64,000 nucleotides of DNA, from positions 1 to 64,000 of the IMG/VR virus record IMGVR_UViG_3300032893_000008; one strand, 5' to 3'. This stretch comes from a virus. Positions within the stretch are counted from its first letter, which is position 1. Each line of letters starts with the position of its first letter. Both the position numbers and the translations under genes were made by a program. Positions 44,376 to 54,372 of the stretch are shown here, one piece after another. The notes under the pieces are model-generated. The model had not been told where the DNA came from. It did not search any database and saw nothing but the letters and a program-made list of their open reading frames with translations.

Positions 44376-45479
44376 TTACTCATCCCCGGCGGTGGGCGGC
44401 TCCTTGGCAGCGGCATCGATCATGTCGTCGATTACGGACGAAAGGTCAGGTTCGGCGTAGACCTTCATCACGCTATCCATGATGGCCGCTTGGAGAGTGG
44501 GGTCATCGGCGAGCGCGTTCTCGAAAGCCTCGCGGCCGCGCCAGGAGCGATCCTGGAATTTATAGGTCTGCTGGTTCGGACGCTCGACAACCTCCAGCTT
44601 CACTGCTAGGCCGGCGACTTCCTTGTGCACGTTTACCGTCCCCTGGCCGTAACCGAGCTGGTATTCAGCAATCCGGAAGGGTGCTCCGACTCGGTTCTTG
44701 CGAACGGTCGCCCGAACGGTGTGGCCGAGCTGCACCTCGTGTCCGTCGAAGATCTTGGAATCCTTGGCGTTTACACGCTCGACGAGAACGAGAATATCCA
44801 CGAAGTGCTTGAGGCTCTGACCGTTCGGAATCTTCCATTTCGACTGGTATTTCGCGACTTTAGGATCCATCTCCTCGTTGACCTGTTGGATCAGAACCGT
44901 CGCGATCGAATGCTGACGAATATCGCCGACGATCATCTTGGTAGCCGGCCCCAGGATACGCGCCAGGTCCGCCATGATGTTGTCTTCCGTCGACTCCATC
45001 GCGGCCTCGCGCGGCCCCCGGAGTCCCTTAATCGAATCGATCACCATCATTCGAAGAGGCAGGCCGTCCTGAACCAGGGGCATGACTTCGTTGTGAAAAT
45101 GGTCGAAGACATCCTTCGCTCGATTACCTTGCTTCACGATCAGGCGCCTGGTGTCGACCCCGAGCTTGGCGGCGTAGTTCTTGTCGTAGTTGTATTCCGC
45201 GTCGTAAAAGATTGCGAAACCGTCAGAATCCGCGGCCTGCATCTGCTTGATCAGATCGTAAGCGCCAGCGGACTTTCCGCTCGACTCAGGGCCGGCAAAC
45301 ATCAGCACCTTGCCCCCGGGCAGACCGCCATCCATGGCCCACTGGAGACTGGGGGACGTCGGCTTGTAGATCACTGCCCTGGGATCGGGCATGGCATCAC
45401 CCATTCGCAGGACGTTGTTTTCGTCGCCGGCGCCGGCGAGTTCCTTCTGAATCCTGGAATACCAGTCGGTCTTGGGCAT
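44376..45479 (-). CDS. recA: RecA/UvsX-like recombinase
   Basis: GGLPGG, GPESSGKS, FYDAE, YAAKLGVD, VIDSI, KNRVGAPFR. Confidence 0.9.
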   Translation of the reverse strand: MPKTDWYSRIQKELAGAGDENNVLRMGDAMPDPRAVIYKPTSPSLQWAMDGGLPGGKVLMFAGPESSGKSAGAYDLIKQMQAADSDGFAIFYDAEYNYDKNYAAKLGVDTRRLIVKQGNRAKDVFDHFHNEVMPLVQDGLPLRMMVIDSIKGLRGPREAAMESTEDNIMADLARILGPATKMIVGDIRQHSIATVLIQQVNEEMDPKVAKYQSKWKIPNGQSLKHFVDILVLVERVNAKDSKIFDGHEVQLGHTVRATVRKNRVGAPFRIAEYQLGYGQGTVNVHKEVAGLAVKLEVVERPNQQTYKFQDRSWRGREAFENALADDPTLQAAIMDSVMKVYAEPDLSSVIDDMIDAAAKEPPTAGDE

Positions 45480-45679
45480 TACTTGATCCCCTTAGCCTTA
45501 GAGAAAAGGCTGACACCCATGTTGTTCATCTGGATCATGTCCCGCACTAGATTCATGGCGGTGGGCTTGAGCTTAGGGGGACGATCAGCGGGATGAACCC
45601 ACCCGCGGGCCTCGCGCTCGGCCTGAGACACGAGCTTCGCTTCCTGCTTCGCCTGGCGGCGACGGACTGAGTTGTTCAT
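45479..45679 (-). CDS. Hypothetical protein
   Basis: TATCAT 6 nt before ATG; TAATG coupling. Confidence 0.55.
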   Translation of the reverse strand: MNNSVRRRQAKQEAKLVSQAEREARGWVHPADRPPKLKPTAMNLVRDMIQMNNMGVSLFSKAKGIK

Positions 45680-45708
45680 GTCCCAATGATACCGCAGGGA
45701 CCAAAGTT

Positions 45709-46803
45709 TTACCCAAACAACGTCCAGGCAGACTCAACCAGGGACTGGCAGAGCTGGTCCAGCTTTTCCCGATCAGGCTGCTTCGGCAGGGGTGACTTCC
45801 CGGAAGTGTAGATCTCCGTCAGCTTCTTGTCCTGGGCATCGGCCCAAGCGATCAGATCGTCGTATTTCCAGGCGCCGTTGCGGACAGCCAGGAGTTCCTC
45901 ACGATCCGGGCGCTTCACGATGACCTTGCCGGTGGTGAGGATCTCTTCACCCATGCGCATCAAACGCACCAAGTGCATGGCGTGCTTTGTGTCATAGCCG
46001 TGAGCGGCTTCCAGGGCGGCGCGCTTCTCGTTACGCTCTCTCTTCCAGCGGTGAAACTGGTCCCACTCATGCTTGGCGCCGGCGTAACGGCGTTCCTTAT
46101 CTAGGAGCAGGAGGAAGTTCTCATCGTAGCCGATCGCCCGACTGGCAGCCTGCTCCAGGAAGTGATGCTTGTCCAGGGCGCCGGCGTTCTCTGCCAGTTC
46201 CACCAGGAAATCGTCCAGCTGGCCGGTGAGAGCGATCTTCGTGGCATCCGAGAGGTCGTCCATGAGAGGCATCCAGGAGTCGATCTTCTTTCTGACCAGG
46301 GACTCAGCGGCCTGCAGCTGATCGCGCGAGATTGCCGTGAATTCCGGCAGTCCGAACTCGGCACGCGTCGGAGGCGCCTTCGGCGGATCCTTCAGCCAGC
46401 GATAGTGTGCCCGGATGCGCTTGAGCTGCGACATCGCGTAGCCCGAAAAGGTGTGCTTCGCCTTCGTCGACAGAAAGTCGTTGGCATGCGCCCGAAGCTC
46501 TTCACCGACCCTGGTTTGCTCCAGGATGTCCGATTCGTCGGTGTGCAGGACTTCGATGATGTTCGGGTTGCAATCTGCGGCGAGCGCGAAGAACTTACGC
46601 AGCTCGTAGACCACCAGGTCATTGGGATCGCGCTCCTCGATCTGCTCCACTCGGGATAGGAAGCCGAGGTAGTATTGCCGAGGAGCCACGAAAACTCCCT
46701 TGATGTCCAGATCGGACGAAGGGGTGTTCAGGCCGTAGGCATGCGAGCCGTGCTTGGTGACGTAGACAGCGAACTGGCGGAGGTCCTTGGCGGTGTAGTG
46801 CAT
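45709..46803 (-). CDS. RlaP-like (Nuc-transf) nucleotidyltransferase
   Basis: GSHAYGLNTPSSDLDIKGVF, NPNIIEVL, YDTKHAMHLVRL. Confidence 0.85.
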   Translation of the reverse strand: MHYTAKDLRQFAVYVTKHGSHAYGLNTPSSDLDIKGVFVAPRQYYLGFLSRVEQIEERDPNDLVVYELRKFFALAADCNPNIIEVLHTDESDILEQTRVGEELRAHANDFLSTKAKHTFSGYAMSQLKRIRAHYRWLKDPPKAPPTRAEFGLPEFTAISRDQLQAAESLVRKKIDSWMPLMDDLSDATKIALTGQLDDFLVELAENAGALDKHHFLEQAASRAIGYDENFLLLLDKERRYAGAKHEWDQFHRWKRERNEKRAALEAAHGYDTKHAMHLVRLMRMGEEILTTGKVIVKRPDREELLAVRNGAWKYDDLIAWADAQDKKLTEIYTSGKSPLPKQPDREKLDQLCQSLVESAWTLFG

Positions 46804-46809
46804 GCCTGA

Positions 46810-46838
46810 ATACTACCGCCTAGAATCGAAAGAGTCAA
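46810..46838 (-). promoter_or_regulatory. Sigma70-type promoter, leaderless transcript
   Basis: TTGACT-17 nt-TAGTAT, 6 nt before ATG 46803. Confidence 0.7.
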
Positions 46839-47377
46839 TCGCTTACGTCGCCAAACTTAGCTCGACCAGGGGTGCCGTAGGAGCCGCTACCGGGCTCCAC
46901 GCGCCCTAGGAGCTTGTCGTAGATCTTCTTCGAATCGTCGTGCGCCATCCGGTAGGATTCGGCCTTGTTCTCCAGGAACTTAGACATAGCCTTGAGCATA
47001 TTCACCTTCGCTACAGCCTTCCGATAGGGCTCGTCCAAGGAGAGATAAATTTTGCGGAGGGAAGCGGAGTCTTTCATCTCCCCTAGCTTGTCTTTGTGTG
47101 CCTCGTAGTAGTCATTGAAGCGCTCAAGCAAGGCTTTCGCCTCCTCGTGCTTCATCTCCTCGTCAGCATCGTCAAGGCGTTTGCGAACGTTAATCGCCGC
47201 TCTAGAAGTCCATTCGTATGCATGAATGAACTTGCGCATAAGCTGAGGTCCGGAGGCGAGGTCGATCTGCTCGATTTCGTCCTTATAGCCATCGAACTTA
47301 GCGAGAGGCGTCGCGTCGATCTTCGGGGAGAACGACGCGACGACCTGCTCAACTAGCGTTTCTTCTTCGGAAACCAC
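46835..47377 (-). CDS. Coiled-coil protein, possible recombination mediator (UvsY-like)
   Basis: Helical; located between SSB-like and RecA genes. Confidence 0.4.
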   Translation of the reverse strand: MVSEEETLVEQVVASFSPKIDATPLAKFDGYKDEIEQIDLASGPQLMRKFIHAYEWTSRAAINVRKRLDDADEEMKHEEAKALLERFNDYYEAHKDKLGEMKDSASLRKIYLSLDEPYRKAVAKVNMLKAMSKFLENKAESYRMAHDDSKKIYDKLLGRVEPGSGSYGTPGRAKFGDVSD

Positions 47378-47383
47378 GTGGAC

Positions 47384-48343
47384 TTACTTGTTGAGACCCA
47401 GCTCACTCACGAGGGCATCGACATCCTCTTCGGACGGCTCCTCGACATCATTCGCCATGGCGGAAGGAGTCTTGGACTCCGCGTCGACGCTCTCGTCGTC
47501 GTTGTAATCAGCCGGGGTGAAACCGATGTCGCTGTCTCCCTTGCCCTTCGACGCCATGATCTTCTTGAGGCTCTCGGCCGTCTGCGGCTTGAAGAGATCG
47601 TAGAGGTCACGCATCGCGGTGGGAAGCTTCGCCAGGACCTCTTCGGAGAGAGGACCCTTGAGAGTCTTCTCGGCGATGTCGCCATCGGGGAGCTTCACCT
47701 TCTGCTTCTTGATGGCAACGTCGAAGTCGTATTTACCGGTATTCGTCTTCGTGCGGGTGAGGACGAAGAAAACGCCTTCCTTGCGGGAGACGGGATTGTA
47801 GCCATCCTCCTCGACACACGCACGGATCTTCGCGTTCAGCTTGTCGCCGAGAGTCTTCGGAAGCTTGAGGATGCCGATATCCCCGGCCGGCGAGACGGCA
47901 TTGTAGTAGTAGTGACGCTGCCAGCTGATGTCGCGGACGCGCTTGGCCTTGGCCTTCAGGTCATCGGGAACGGCGTTCCAATTGATCTTCTGCTTGTCTC
48001 CGGAAGCCGTGGTGAACTTCGCCAGGGCCTTCTCCAACTCGACGTTCTGGCGATCGACTTCGTCGCAGATCGGGCAGCCAGCGGGATCGGACTTCTTCGT
48101 GCAGAGCACGGGGAAACCGGCCTTGGTCGAACCCTCCTGGCGCCACCAGTGGAGGAAAACTTCAGAGAAGGGAAAGCCCTTCTCCTTCGCGATCTTCCCG
48201 AAGGGAGGAAGGATGCGATAGACGTTCTGGCCGTCCTTAAAGGGGAGAGTGTTGAGGCGGTTGGAGCCGTTGGCCTGCTCCTTCATGCCATTGACGTTGA
48301 TCGAATCGTCATCGTCGATGTTCGTAGTGCTCGCGGTATTCAT
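47384..48343 (-). CDS. gp32-like single-stranded DNA-binding protein
   Basis: NVYRILPP, CPICD, YYYNAV, acidic C-terminal tail. Confidence 0.7.
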   Translation of the reverse strand: MNTASTTNIDDDDSINVNGMKEQANGSNRLNTLPFKDGQNVYRILPPFGKIAKEKGFPFSEVFLHWWRQEGSTKAGFPVLCTKKSDPAGCPICDEVDRQNVELEKALAKFTTASGDKQKINWNAVPDDLKAKAKRVRDISWQRHYYYNAVSPAGDIGILKLPKTLGDKLNAKIRACVEEDGYNPVSRKEGVFFVLTRTKTNTGKYDFDVAIKKQKVKLPDGDIAEKTLKGPLSEEVLAKLPTAMRDLYDLFKPQTAESLKKIMASKGKGDSDIGFTPADYNDDESVDAESKTPSAMANDVEEPSEEDVDALVSELGLNK

Positions 48344-49161
48344 GCGTTGGTTTCCTTCTTTTCCTGAGGCTGTTCAGTCTGAACAGCCGGTGGTTGAATG
48401 AACTGCTGTTGGCGTCGGACTCTCGGCGGCAAAGAGCGCTTGAGGTCCACCCTGATTTTACCAATTACCTCACCGACTTTTTCCTTCAAGACGGCAAGAT
48501 TCTCTTCCTTGGAAGCTCCGGGGTTTTCTTCGTTGACGATGGTGGCGAAGAAGTATTCGGGAGGGAATTCCTCCGTAGCTTTCTCCGGGAAGGTCTGATC
48601 CAGCGTCCCGAGGGGGCGAGTGATCTTGATGGGATAGACGTGCTTGAAGTTCGCCTTGAACCAGGAGGACTGGCCAAACTGACGAGCATCGGTAACGAAG
48701 ATGACGTCGAAAGCGTTCTCCTCGCCGGCGTGCTTGCGCTCGATCTTGCTAATCGCTTCCGCGGTGATCGCGTTGTGCACGGTCTCGCCGAAGTTCTTGG
48801 TGATCACTTCGTCGGCCCACCAGATCATCAGCTCCCGAAGAGACCTGCACTCACGCCCTTCCCACTTCGCTACCGAGAGCTTCTGGTAGCGAACGTCGAC
48901 GTGCTTGGAGGCCAGCTGACTGGTCTTGCTGAGCATGCGGGCGATATCGCCGCGGCGGATGATGATTGGGGTCTCCAGTTCGGCATCCTTCTTGGGACTG
49001 TAGAAGTCAGCGAGCGGGATCTTGAAGTGATCCGACAAGACCTTCTTGAACCAGTCGGAGAGAGCCACAGATGCGGTGCACCCGTAGTGCTCGATGCCCA
49101 TCTGAGCGATGGTGTCCTTGCCGGAGGCGCGACGTCCTGTGATCGGGATGATGATGTCCAT
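48340..49161 (-). CDS. Deoxynucleoside monophosphate kinase
   Basis: TGRRASGKDT, LRELMI, VTDAR. Confidence 0.75.
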   Translation of the reverse strand: MDIIIPITGRRASGKDTIAQMGIEHYGCTASVALSDWFKKVLSDHFKIPLADFYSPKKDAELETPIIIRRGDIARMLSKTSQLASKHVDVRYQKLSVAKWEGRECRSLRELMIWWADEVITKNFGETVHNAITAEAISKIERKHAGEENAFDVIFVTDARQFGQSSWFKANFKHVYPIKITRPLGTLDQTFPEKATEEFPPEYFFATIVNEENPGASKEENLAVLKEKVGEVIGKIRVDLKRSLPPRVRRQQQFIQPPAVQTEQPQEKKETNA

Positions 49162-49170
49162 GCGCGAGGA

Positions 49171-52100
49171 TTATACGTCGAGGATTTCGAGATTGTTCAA
49201 GCTGAAGCCGATAGCGCCCTTGAAGGTGTCAAATTTCAGGGGACCGAACCCGAGGATGATCGAGCCCTTCTGAATCGCCTTAAGATCTAGCCTCCGAGCC
49301 ATGGACGGCCAAATCACGATTTCACAGATCCGACCGTCATTTACAATCGTGACCCGATAGGCAGTAACCCGCTTTCCTTCATCTCGACCGGACTTCGCCA
49401 AAAAGGTGAAAGAATCCTTTTCAAGGACCATACCCAAGATCGCAATCTCCCCCTGAAATTTCCCGGCCACGATCGGGAACTTGGAAAAGTTAGCAATCAA
49501 CGGACGTTTCGCGATCATAGTGAGACCGGAACGCTGTTCATAGTCGGTGCGCTCCATGAGAACTGACTCGAATTCCTTCGTAAGATCAACAGAATAGATT
49601 GACATTACCGTCATCTTTTTCCGAATCAGAGAGGTCTTCGACATGTCCACAAAAGCGGCCGGCAACGACTCCTTCCGCAGCTCGTGCAGCCTAGCGATGA
49701 AGGGCGCGGTCTCCGTCTGGGGAGCGCCGCCATCGGCCGCGGGGAGCCCCTTGAAGCAATCCGCAAAGCACATGCTCATGATGATGCCTTTGTGAAGGAC
49801 ACGCCCCTGGGCCCGACGGTAGAAATCATCGAACGATTGGAAGGGTCCGCCGACGGCAACCTTCGCCTCCAGGTGAGCTACGGCTTTCGGACCCATGCCC
49901 TTCACCAAGGAGAGTGGCGCCAGGAGCTTATGATCGCTGTCCCGGATCGTCCAGCGAGCTGCTGGCGAGTTCACATGAGGCAGCTGGACCTGGTCGTGCA
50001 CAACGTTCAGATATCGCTTGATGTCGTCAGTGCTAGAACTGGTAAGCACCGAAACCCACCATTCCGCCGGGTAGTGGAACTTCAACCAGGCGCACGCATA
50101 AGCGATGATCGCGTAAGCGCAAGCGTGGGCCCGGTTGAACGAGTAGTTCGCGGCACCGATGAAGGACTCCCAGAGCTTCTGGGCCTTCTCGGCATCCCAG
50201 CCGTGCAGCCTGGCCGCGCCCTCGATGAGACTGCCCTTAATCGAATTGATCAGGGCCAGGTCCTTCTTGCCGACAGCTCGCCGGGCATTGTCGGAAGCCA
50301 CCGGATCCAGACCACCGACGACTTCGAAAATCTTCTGAATCTGCTCCTGGAAGACAACCAGGCCGTAGGTATCGCCCAGGATGGGCTCCAGGATCGGATC
50401 AAGGTAGGAGACCGGTTCCTTGCCACTGTAGCGCAAAACAAAGTGCTCAGCGACAGTCTTACCATCTTCCAGGGTGGAATCCAGGCCGCCCGGGCGGCAG
50501 ATCGAAGTGATCAGGATCAGGTCATGAATTCGCCGCGGTTTGATGCGGCGAAGGAAGGGGGACACCAGGTGAGTATCGAACTGGAAGATGGTATCGGATT
50601 GGCCGATCCAGGTGGGTTCGAAGACCGCCTGCTCCTCTTCCAAATTCCAAGGGTCGATGTCGACCCCGTGGCGCTCTTTGATCAGCTTGACGGCATCCCA
50701 AATCCAGTTAAGGGTGTTGACCCCAAGAAGGTCAATCTTCATGCCGCCAATCTTCTCTAGTTGCTTGTAGGAGATCTGCGTGCACTTCCGATTGTCGTAG
50801 TATCGCGTAGGAATCGTCTCATCGATGGGGCCGGGGGTGATCACAACGCCGCCGGCGTGTTTTCCCATCGAGCGCGGCTTCTCTAGGATTTTATAGAGAA
50901 GATCCTTAACATCCTGATTTTCATCCAGATATTCCCGAAGAACCTTATTTTCTTCAAGATGTCCCGGCCAAGCAATTCCATCGGCATCGGTAAAACCGTG
51001 AAGGAACGCGTTTTCCCCCGGATAAAACTGCGGGGCACTTTTAATGGTGGCGGTAATCCTGTGAACGGGATCGTTCTCCGGAAGATGACCGCCGGCCTTC
51101 CAGCGGGCAATATCCTTCAGAGCGTTTTTGGTTTTGATCGTCAGGAACGAACCCACCATCGCAGCGTGTTCCTCCCCGTATCGCTCGAAAACGTAATCGA
51201 CCATCTTCTCACGATCGGAGAAATCCAGATCAATATCGGGCGGAGAGCCAGCCTTGAGACGTCCTTCATTCAGGAACCGCGTAAAGTTGAGGTTCCACTT
51301 GATCGGGTCGATCGCCGTAATACCCAAGAGATAAGAAAGTAGACAGCCACCGGCCGAACCACGGGCTGGACCAGTGCCAACACCCCGATCTTTCGCGGCA
51401 CGAACTATATCAGCCAGGATCAGGAAGTAGTCGGTGTAGTTCGTGACGCCGTTGTCGCAGATGACTCGGATCTCTTCCTCAAGTCTGGATTCGTAGACCG
51501 GATCGCCGTAGCGCATTCGACCATTCGCTTCGATGATCTTGAGCATCAGGTCCCGGCTGGACATCCCCGGCTGGTAAAGCGGATGATTTGAGCCGACCGA
51601 AAGAGACGGAACAAGATTAGCATCTACTTGACCGTGCTGTCCGCCCCAAGCCGCATCCATCATGTTTGCCTGAGATCCTATATATGTAGGGATCATGGAG
51701 GCAAACTTCAGCTTGAAATCTTTACACAAATCTACGATCTGATGGGTGTTTTCGATCATGCCTTCGAACTGAGGCAGGACGATGTAGGGATGGTTCTGTT
51801 GGATCATCGCCCAAGTCTCGTCGGACGAGAGCATGGCGTGAACCTGATGGAAATGGAATCGGTTGTTCGATGCCCCCGAGATGAGCATGTCCTGGACGGG
51901 CTTGAGCGCCGGGTCCGCCATGTGGGCATCGGAAGCGATGATCGTCGGGAGATTGTGCTTCAGCGCCAGGCGCTGGGCGCGAAGGTTGTGCTCGACCTGA
52001 AGGCAGTTCGTCCAGATCTCGACGCCCTCCCCCTCGACGTTTTTGTAGGGGCGCTCGATGAAGCCATATTCCTTGGTGTCTTCCCCGAGCTTCTTCCAAT

Positions 52101-52650
52101 CGGTGCAGACCTGAGCCGGCCCCATCTCCACGAACATACGGCCACGGAAAACGTCCGCGAAACGAGCGAAGAGTGCATCGGACTCCTCAAACGACAACTG
52201 CCGGCGCTGAGCAACACCGACGATGCCGATCATGCATCCGGTGGAGTAAACGAGACCATCGCTGTTGGCCAGGATTTCGTCGACCGAGACGACAGGACGA
52301 CCGAACTCGTAGTGATCCGGGCGGTAACCGATGGAGCTGAGCTTCAATAGGTTCTTGTAACCGACCTCATTCATGGCCAAGAACACACCGTGAAAATACT
52401 TTCGGTCCTTGTCGCCGTCCTTGAGGGTGAGCTTGAAGTAGAGTTCATTCCCCAGGAGCGGGACGAGTCCTTCCTTCTTGCAGGCGTTGTAGTGCTCGTA
52501 GATGCCGGCAACCGTGCCGTGATCGCTGACGGCGATCGCCGGCATGCCAAGGGCCTTAGCGCGCTTGACGTTGTCGGCCGGAGACGTCACACCATCCAAC
52601 AGTGAAAAATGCGAGTGGACGTGTGTATCGACGAAAGGCTTCAATGGCAC
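49171..52650 (-). CDS. dnaE: DNA polymerase III alpha subunit
   Basis: PHP HSHFSLLDG, SDHG; RGSAGG, PDIDLDF, GKHAGG, KIDLLG, FQEQ, YSFNRAHA. Confidence 0.95.
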   Translation of the reverse strand: MPLKPFVDTHVHSHFSLLDGVTSPADNVKRAKALGMPAIAVSDHGTVAGIYEHYNACKKEGLVPLLGNELYFKLTLKDGDKDRKYFHGVFLAMNEVGYKNLLKLSSIGYRPDHYEFGRPVVSVDEILANSDGLVYSTGCMIGIVGVAQRRQLSFEESDALFARFADVFRGRMFVEMGPAQVCTDWKKLGEDTKEYGFIERPYKNVEGEGVEIWTNCLQVEHNLRAQRLALKHNLPTIIASDAHMADPALKPVQDMLISGASNNRFHFHQVHAMLSSDETWAMIQQNHPYIVLPQFEGMIENTHQIVDLCKDFKLKFASMIPTYIGSQANMMDAAWGGQHGQVDANLVPSLSVGSNHPLYQPGMSSRDLMLKIIEANGRMRYGDPVYESRLEEEIRVICDNGVTNYTDYFLILADIVRAAKDRGVGTGPARGSAGGCLLSYLLGITAIDPIKWNLNFTRFLNEGRLKAGSPPDIDLDFSDREKMVDYVFERYGEEHAAMVGSFLTIKTKNALKDIARWKAGGHLPENDPVHRITATIKSAPQFYPGENAFLHGFTDADGIAWPGHLEENKVLREYLDENQDVKDLLYKILEKPRSMGKHAGGVVITPGPIDETIPTRYYDNRKCTQISYKQLEKIGGMKIDLLGVNTLNWIWDAVKLIKERHGVDIDPWNLEEEQAVFEPTWIGQSDTIFQFDTHLVSPFLRRIKPRRIHDLILITSICRPGGLDSTLEDGKTVAEHFVLRYSGKEPVSYLDPILEPILGDTYGLVVFQEQIQKIFEVVGGLDPVASDNARRAVGKKDLALINSIKGSLIEGAARLHGWDAEKAQKLWESFIGAANYSFNRAHACAYAIIAYACAWLKFHYPAEWWVSVLTSSSTDDIKRYLNVVHDQVQLPHVNSPAARWTIRDSDHKLLAPLSLVKGMGPKAVAHLEAKVAVGGPFQSFDDFYRRAQGRVLHKGIIMSMCFADCFKGLPAADGGAPQTETAPFIARLHELRKESLPAAFVDMSKTSLIRKKMTVMSIYSVDLTKEFESVLMERTDYEQRSGLTMIAKRPLIANFSKFPIVAGKFQGEIAILGMVLEKDSFTFLAKSGRDEGKRVTAYRVTIVNDGRICEIVIWPSMARRLDLKAIQKGSIILGFGPLKFDTFKGAIGFSLNNLEILDV

Positions 52651-52677
52651 GCTAGTATTTTACCATCTGAGCTAGTT

Positions 52678-53058
52678 TTACTTCGTGACCGGGCGAAGGG
52701 TGGCCATCTCGCGATCCGTCGGGAAACGCCAACGACCCGCGAAGTAGAAGTCGGTTTCGTATTCATGCATGTTGGGAGTATGGACTTCGTGGCACTGGAT
52801 ATCGATATGCCCCGTCCACACCCAAAGGCCCCAGAAGACCTTTTCCGGCACATCAAGCTCCCCCGGGAGATCAGCAAGCGCAGCGATGGTCTCCATCTCT
52901 TGGATCACTTCAAAGCCGCGGCCGCTGAAGTCCAGGATATGACCATCGCCGGCATGATCGAACGCAACCAGCATCCAGTCGCGCGATCGCTTGGGCCTCT
53001 TGGGCTCAGGAGGAGCCGCCGCCGCCATTAAGATTTCTTCGTCAAGTTCATCGCTCAT
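52678..53058 (-). CDS. Hypothetical protein
   Basis: GGAG SD; 126 aa. Confidence 0.6.
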   Translation of the reverse strand: MSDELDEEILMAAAAPPEPKRPKRSRDWMLVAFDHAGDGHILDFSGRGFEVIQEMETIAALADLPGELDVPEKVFWGLWVWTGHIDIQCHEVHTPNMHEYETDFYFAGRWRFPTDREMATLRPVTK

Positions 53059-53061
53059 ACT

Positions 53062-54372
53062 CTACTCCAGGGGGATATTACGAAAACCGGGCACTTCCGT
53101 CCCTTTCGCACAAAGGGCGAAAAGCGTAGGAATCCTGTGATTGTCAGGAAGAGGCATGAATCCATCGGTCAAGCAAATCACGCCATCAACGCCCAATTTC
53201 TTAGCGTAATCAAACGCATCCTGCATGTCCGTGCCACCGCCAGAGGAGCCGAATTTGATATTCGGGACGGTTCCGTCTTTGATGACAGTATCGAAGTTGA
53301 TCCGGGTATCGCACCCAACAACACGAACCTCTTCGACGATCTTGGAAAGAGTAACGCCATGCTCCATGAATTTCCGATATTCATTCGCAGTGGATCCCGA
53401 ATTGTCCACGATGATCATGAGCTTGGCGCGATACTGCTTCACGTGACCGGGCGAGGCGGCGCCGTAACGTCGATTGTAACGTCGCCAGGAACGCTCGCGA
53501 TCATCCTTAAGGACAGTCTGAGCGAACATAGTGATCTCCCGTTCCCAAGGAAATCTGACCACCGGATCGCGGAAGTCCTCCAAAGTGCGGGCCAGCTCGC
53601 CGGGGATATTACCCGGAGGACGATTACCGAGGCTGCGAAAAGCTTCCTTCAGAATTTTGTCCGAGATCGCCCTCTGCTCTTCGGTCAGATCTCCGTGATC
53701 GATGATCTTGCCGCTCTTGCCTCCGGGAGTGAAACGTCCGTGCGTCGCCGGCCGAACTCCGCCCTTAGACTCAAATGCCTCGGCCTGTTTCTTGTTCTGC
53801 ATCAAACGGACGTAGATCTCGTCCATAGTAGTCTCGTGAATAACGAGACCCTCCAGACAGGGAAACATCATCTTGCCGACGTCAGGATTGGCAACACGAA
53901 CCAGATCCCCATTCTCGCCCTTCGTCCACTTGAAAGGGTTTTCGTGCAGGACAATCAAATCCTGCTCTTCCGGCTTGAGCTTGTTGTATTCGCCGATATG
54001 ACTCTCGTTTACGATAATATCCATCGCGAGGTTGGCGATCTTCCGGTTCATCCCCTCCCCTCGGACGAGATGATGCAAACCGACGTGCAGCAGTTCGTGC
54101 ATCACCGCAAACCGAAGCTTCTCGTCTGAAATACTCGCAATGAAATCAACGTTGTAGAACAAATAGCACGTCGGATCGTCGGGCATGAAACCCACGGCCA
54201 TCGTGCTGATTTCATCGGTCGCGTCCATCTGACCGAGCTGCGTTGCGATCGCGTAGTAAAGCGGATGGGTATAGTAGAGCATCGCGGTAGCCATCGCGAG
54301 CCGCTCCATCTGCACCGCACGCTTCGTCAGATATTCTTTGCGATCGGAGTCCACGTCATTCCCCGCGGGCAA
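53062..54372 (-). CDS. Metallopeptidase-like plus VWA domain protein (DUF2201-type)
   Basis: HELLH, NLAMD..VN; MIDAS DNSGS, GGGTD, LTDG. Confidence 0.85.
   Translation of the reverse strand: MPAGNDVDSDRKEYLTKRAVQMERLAMATAMLYYTHPLYYAIATQLGQMDATDEISTMAVGFMPDDPTCYLFYNVDFIASISDEKLRFAVMHELLHVGLHHLVRGEGMNRKIANLAMDIIVNESHIGEYNKLKPEEQDLIVLHENPFKWTKGENGDLVRVANPDVGKMMFPCLEGLVIHETTMDEIYVRLMQNKKQAEAFESKGGVRPATHGRFTPGGKSGKIIDHGDLTEEQRAISDKILKEAFRSLGNRPPGNIPGELARTLEDFRDPVVRFPWEREITMFAQTVLKDDRERSWRRYNRRYGAASPGHVKQYRAKLMIIVDNSGSTANEYRKFMEHGVTLSKIVEEVRVVGCDTRINFDTVIKDGTVPNIKFGSSGGGTDMQDAFDYAKKLGVDGVICLTDGFMPLPDNHRIPTLFALCAKGTEVPGFRNIPLE

Noticed and set aside
40239-52650. Inteins or introns in terminase, RecA or DnaE
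   Set aside because: Protein lengths are ordinary, insertions are short, and no splice-junction or LAGLIDADG motifs are visible.
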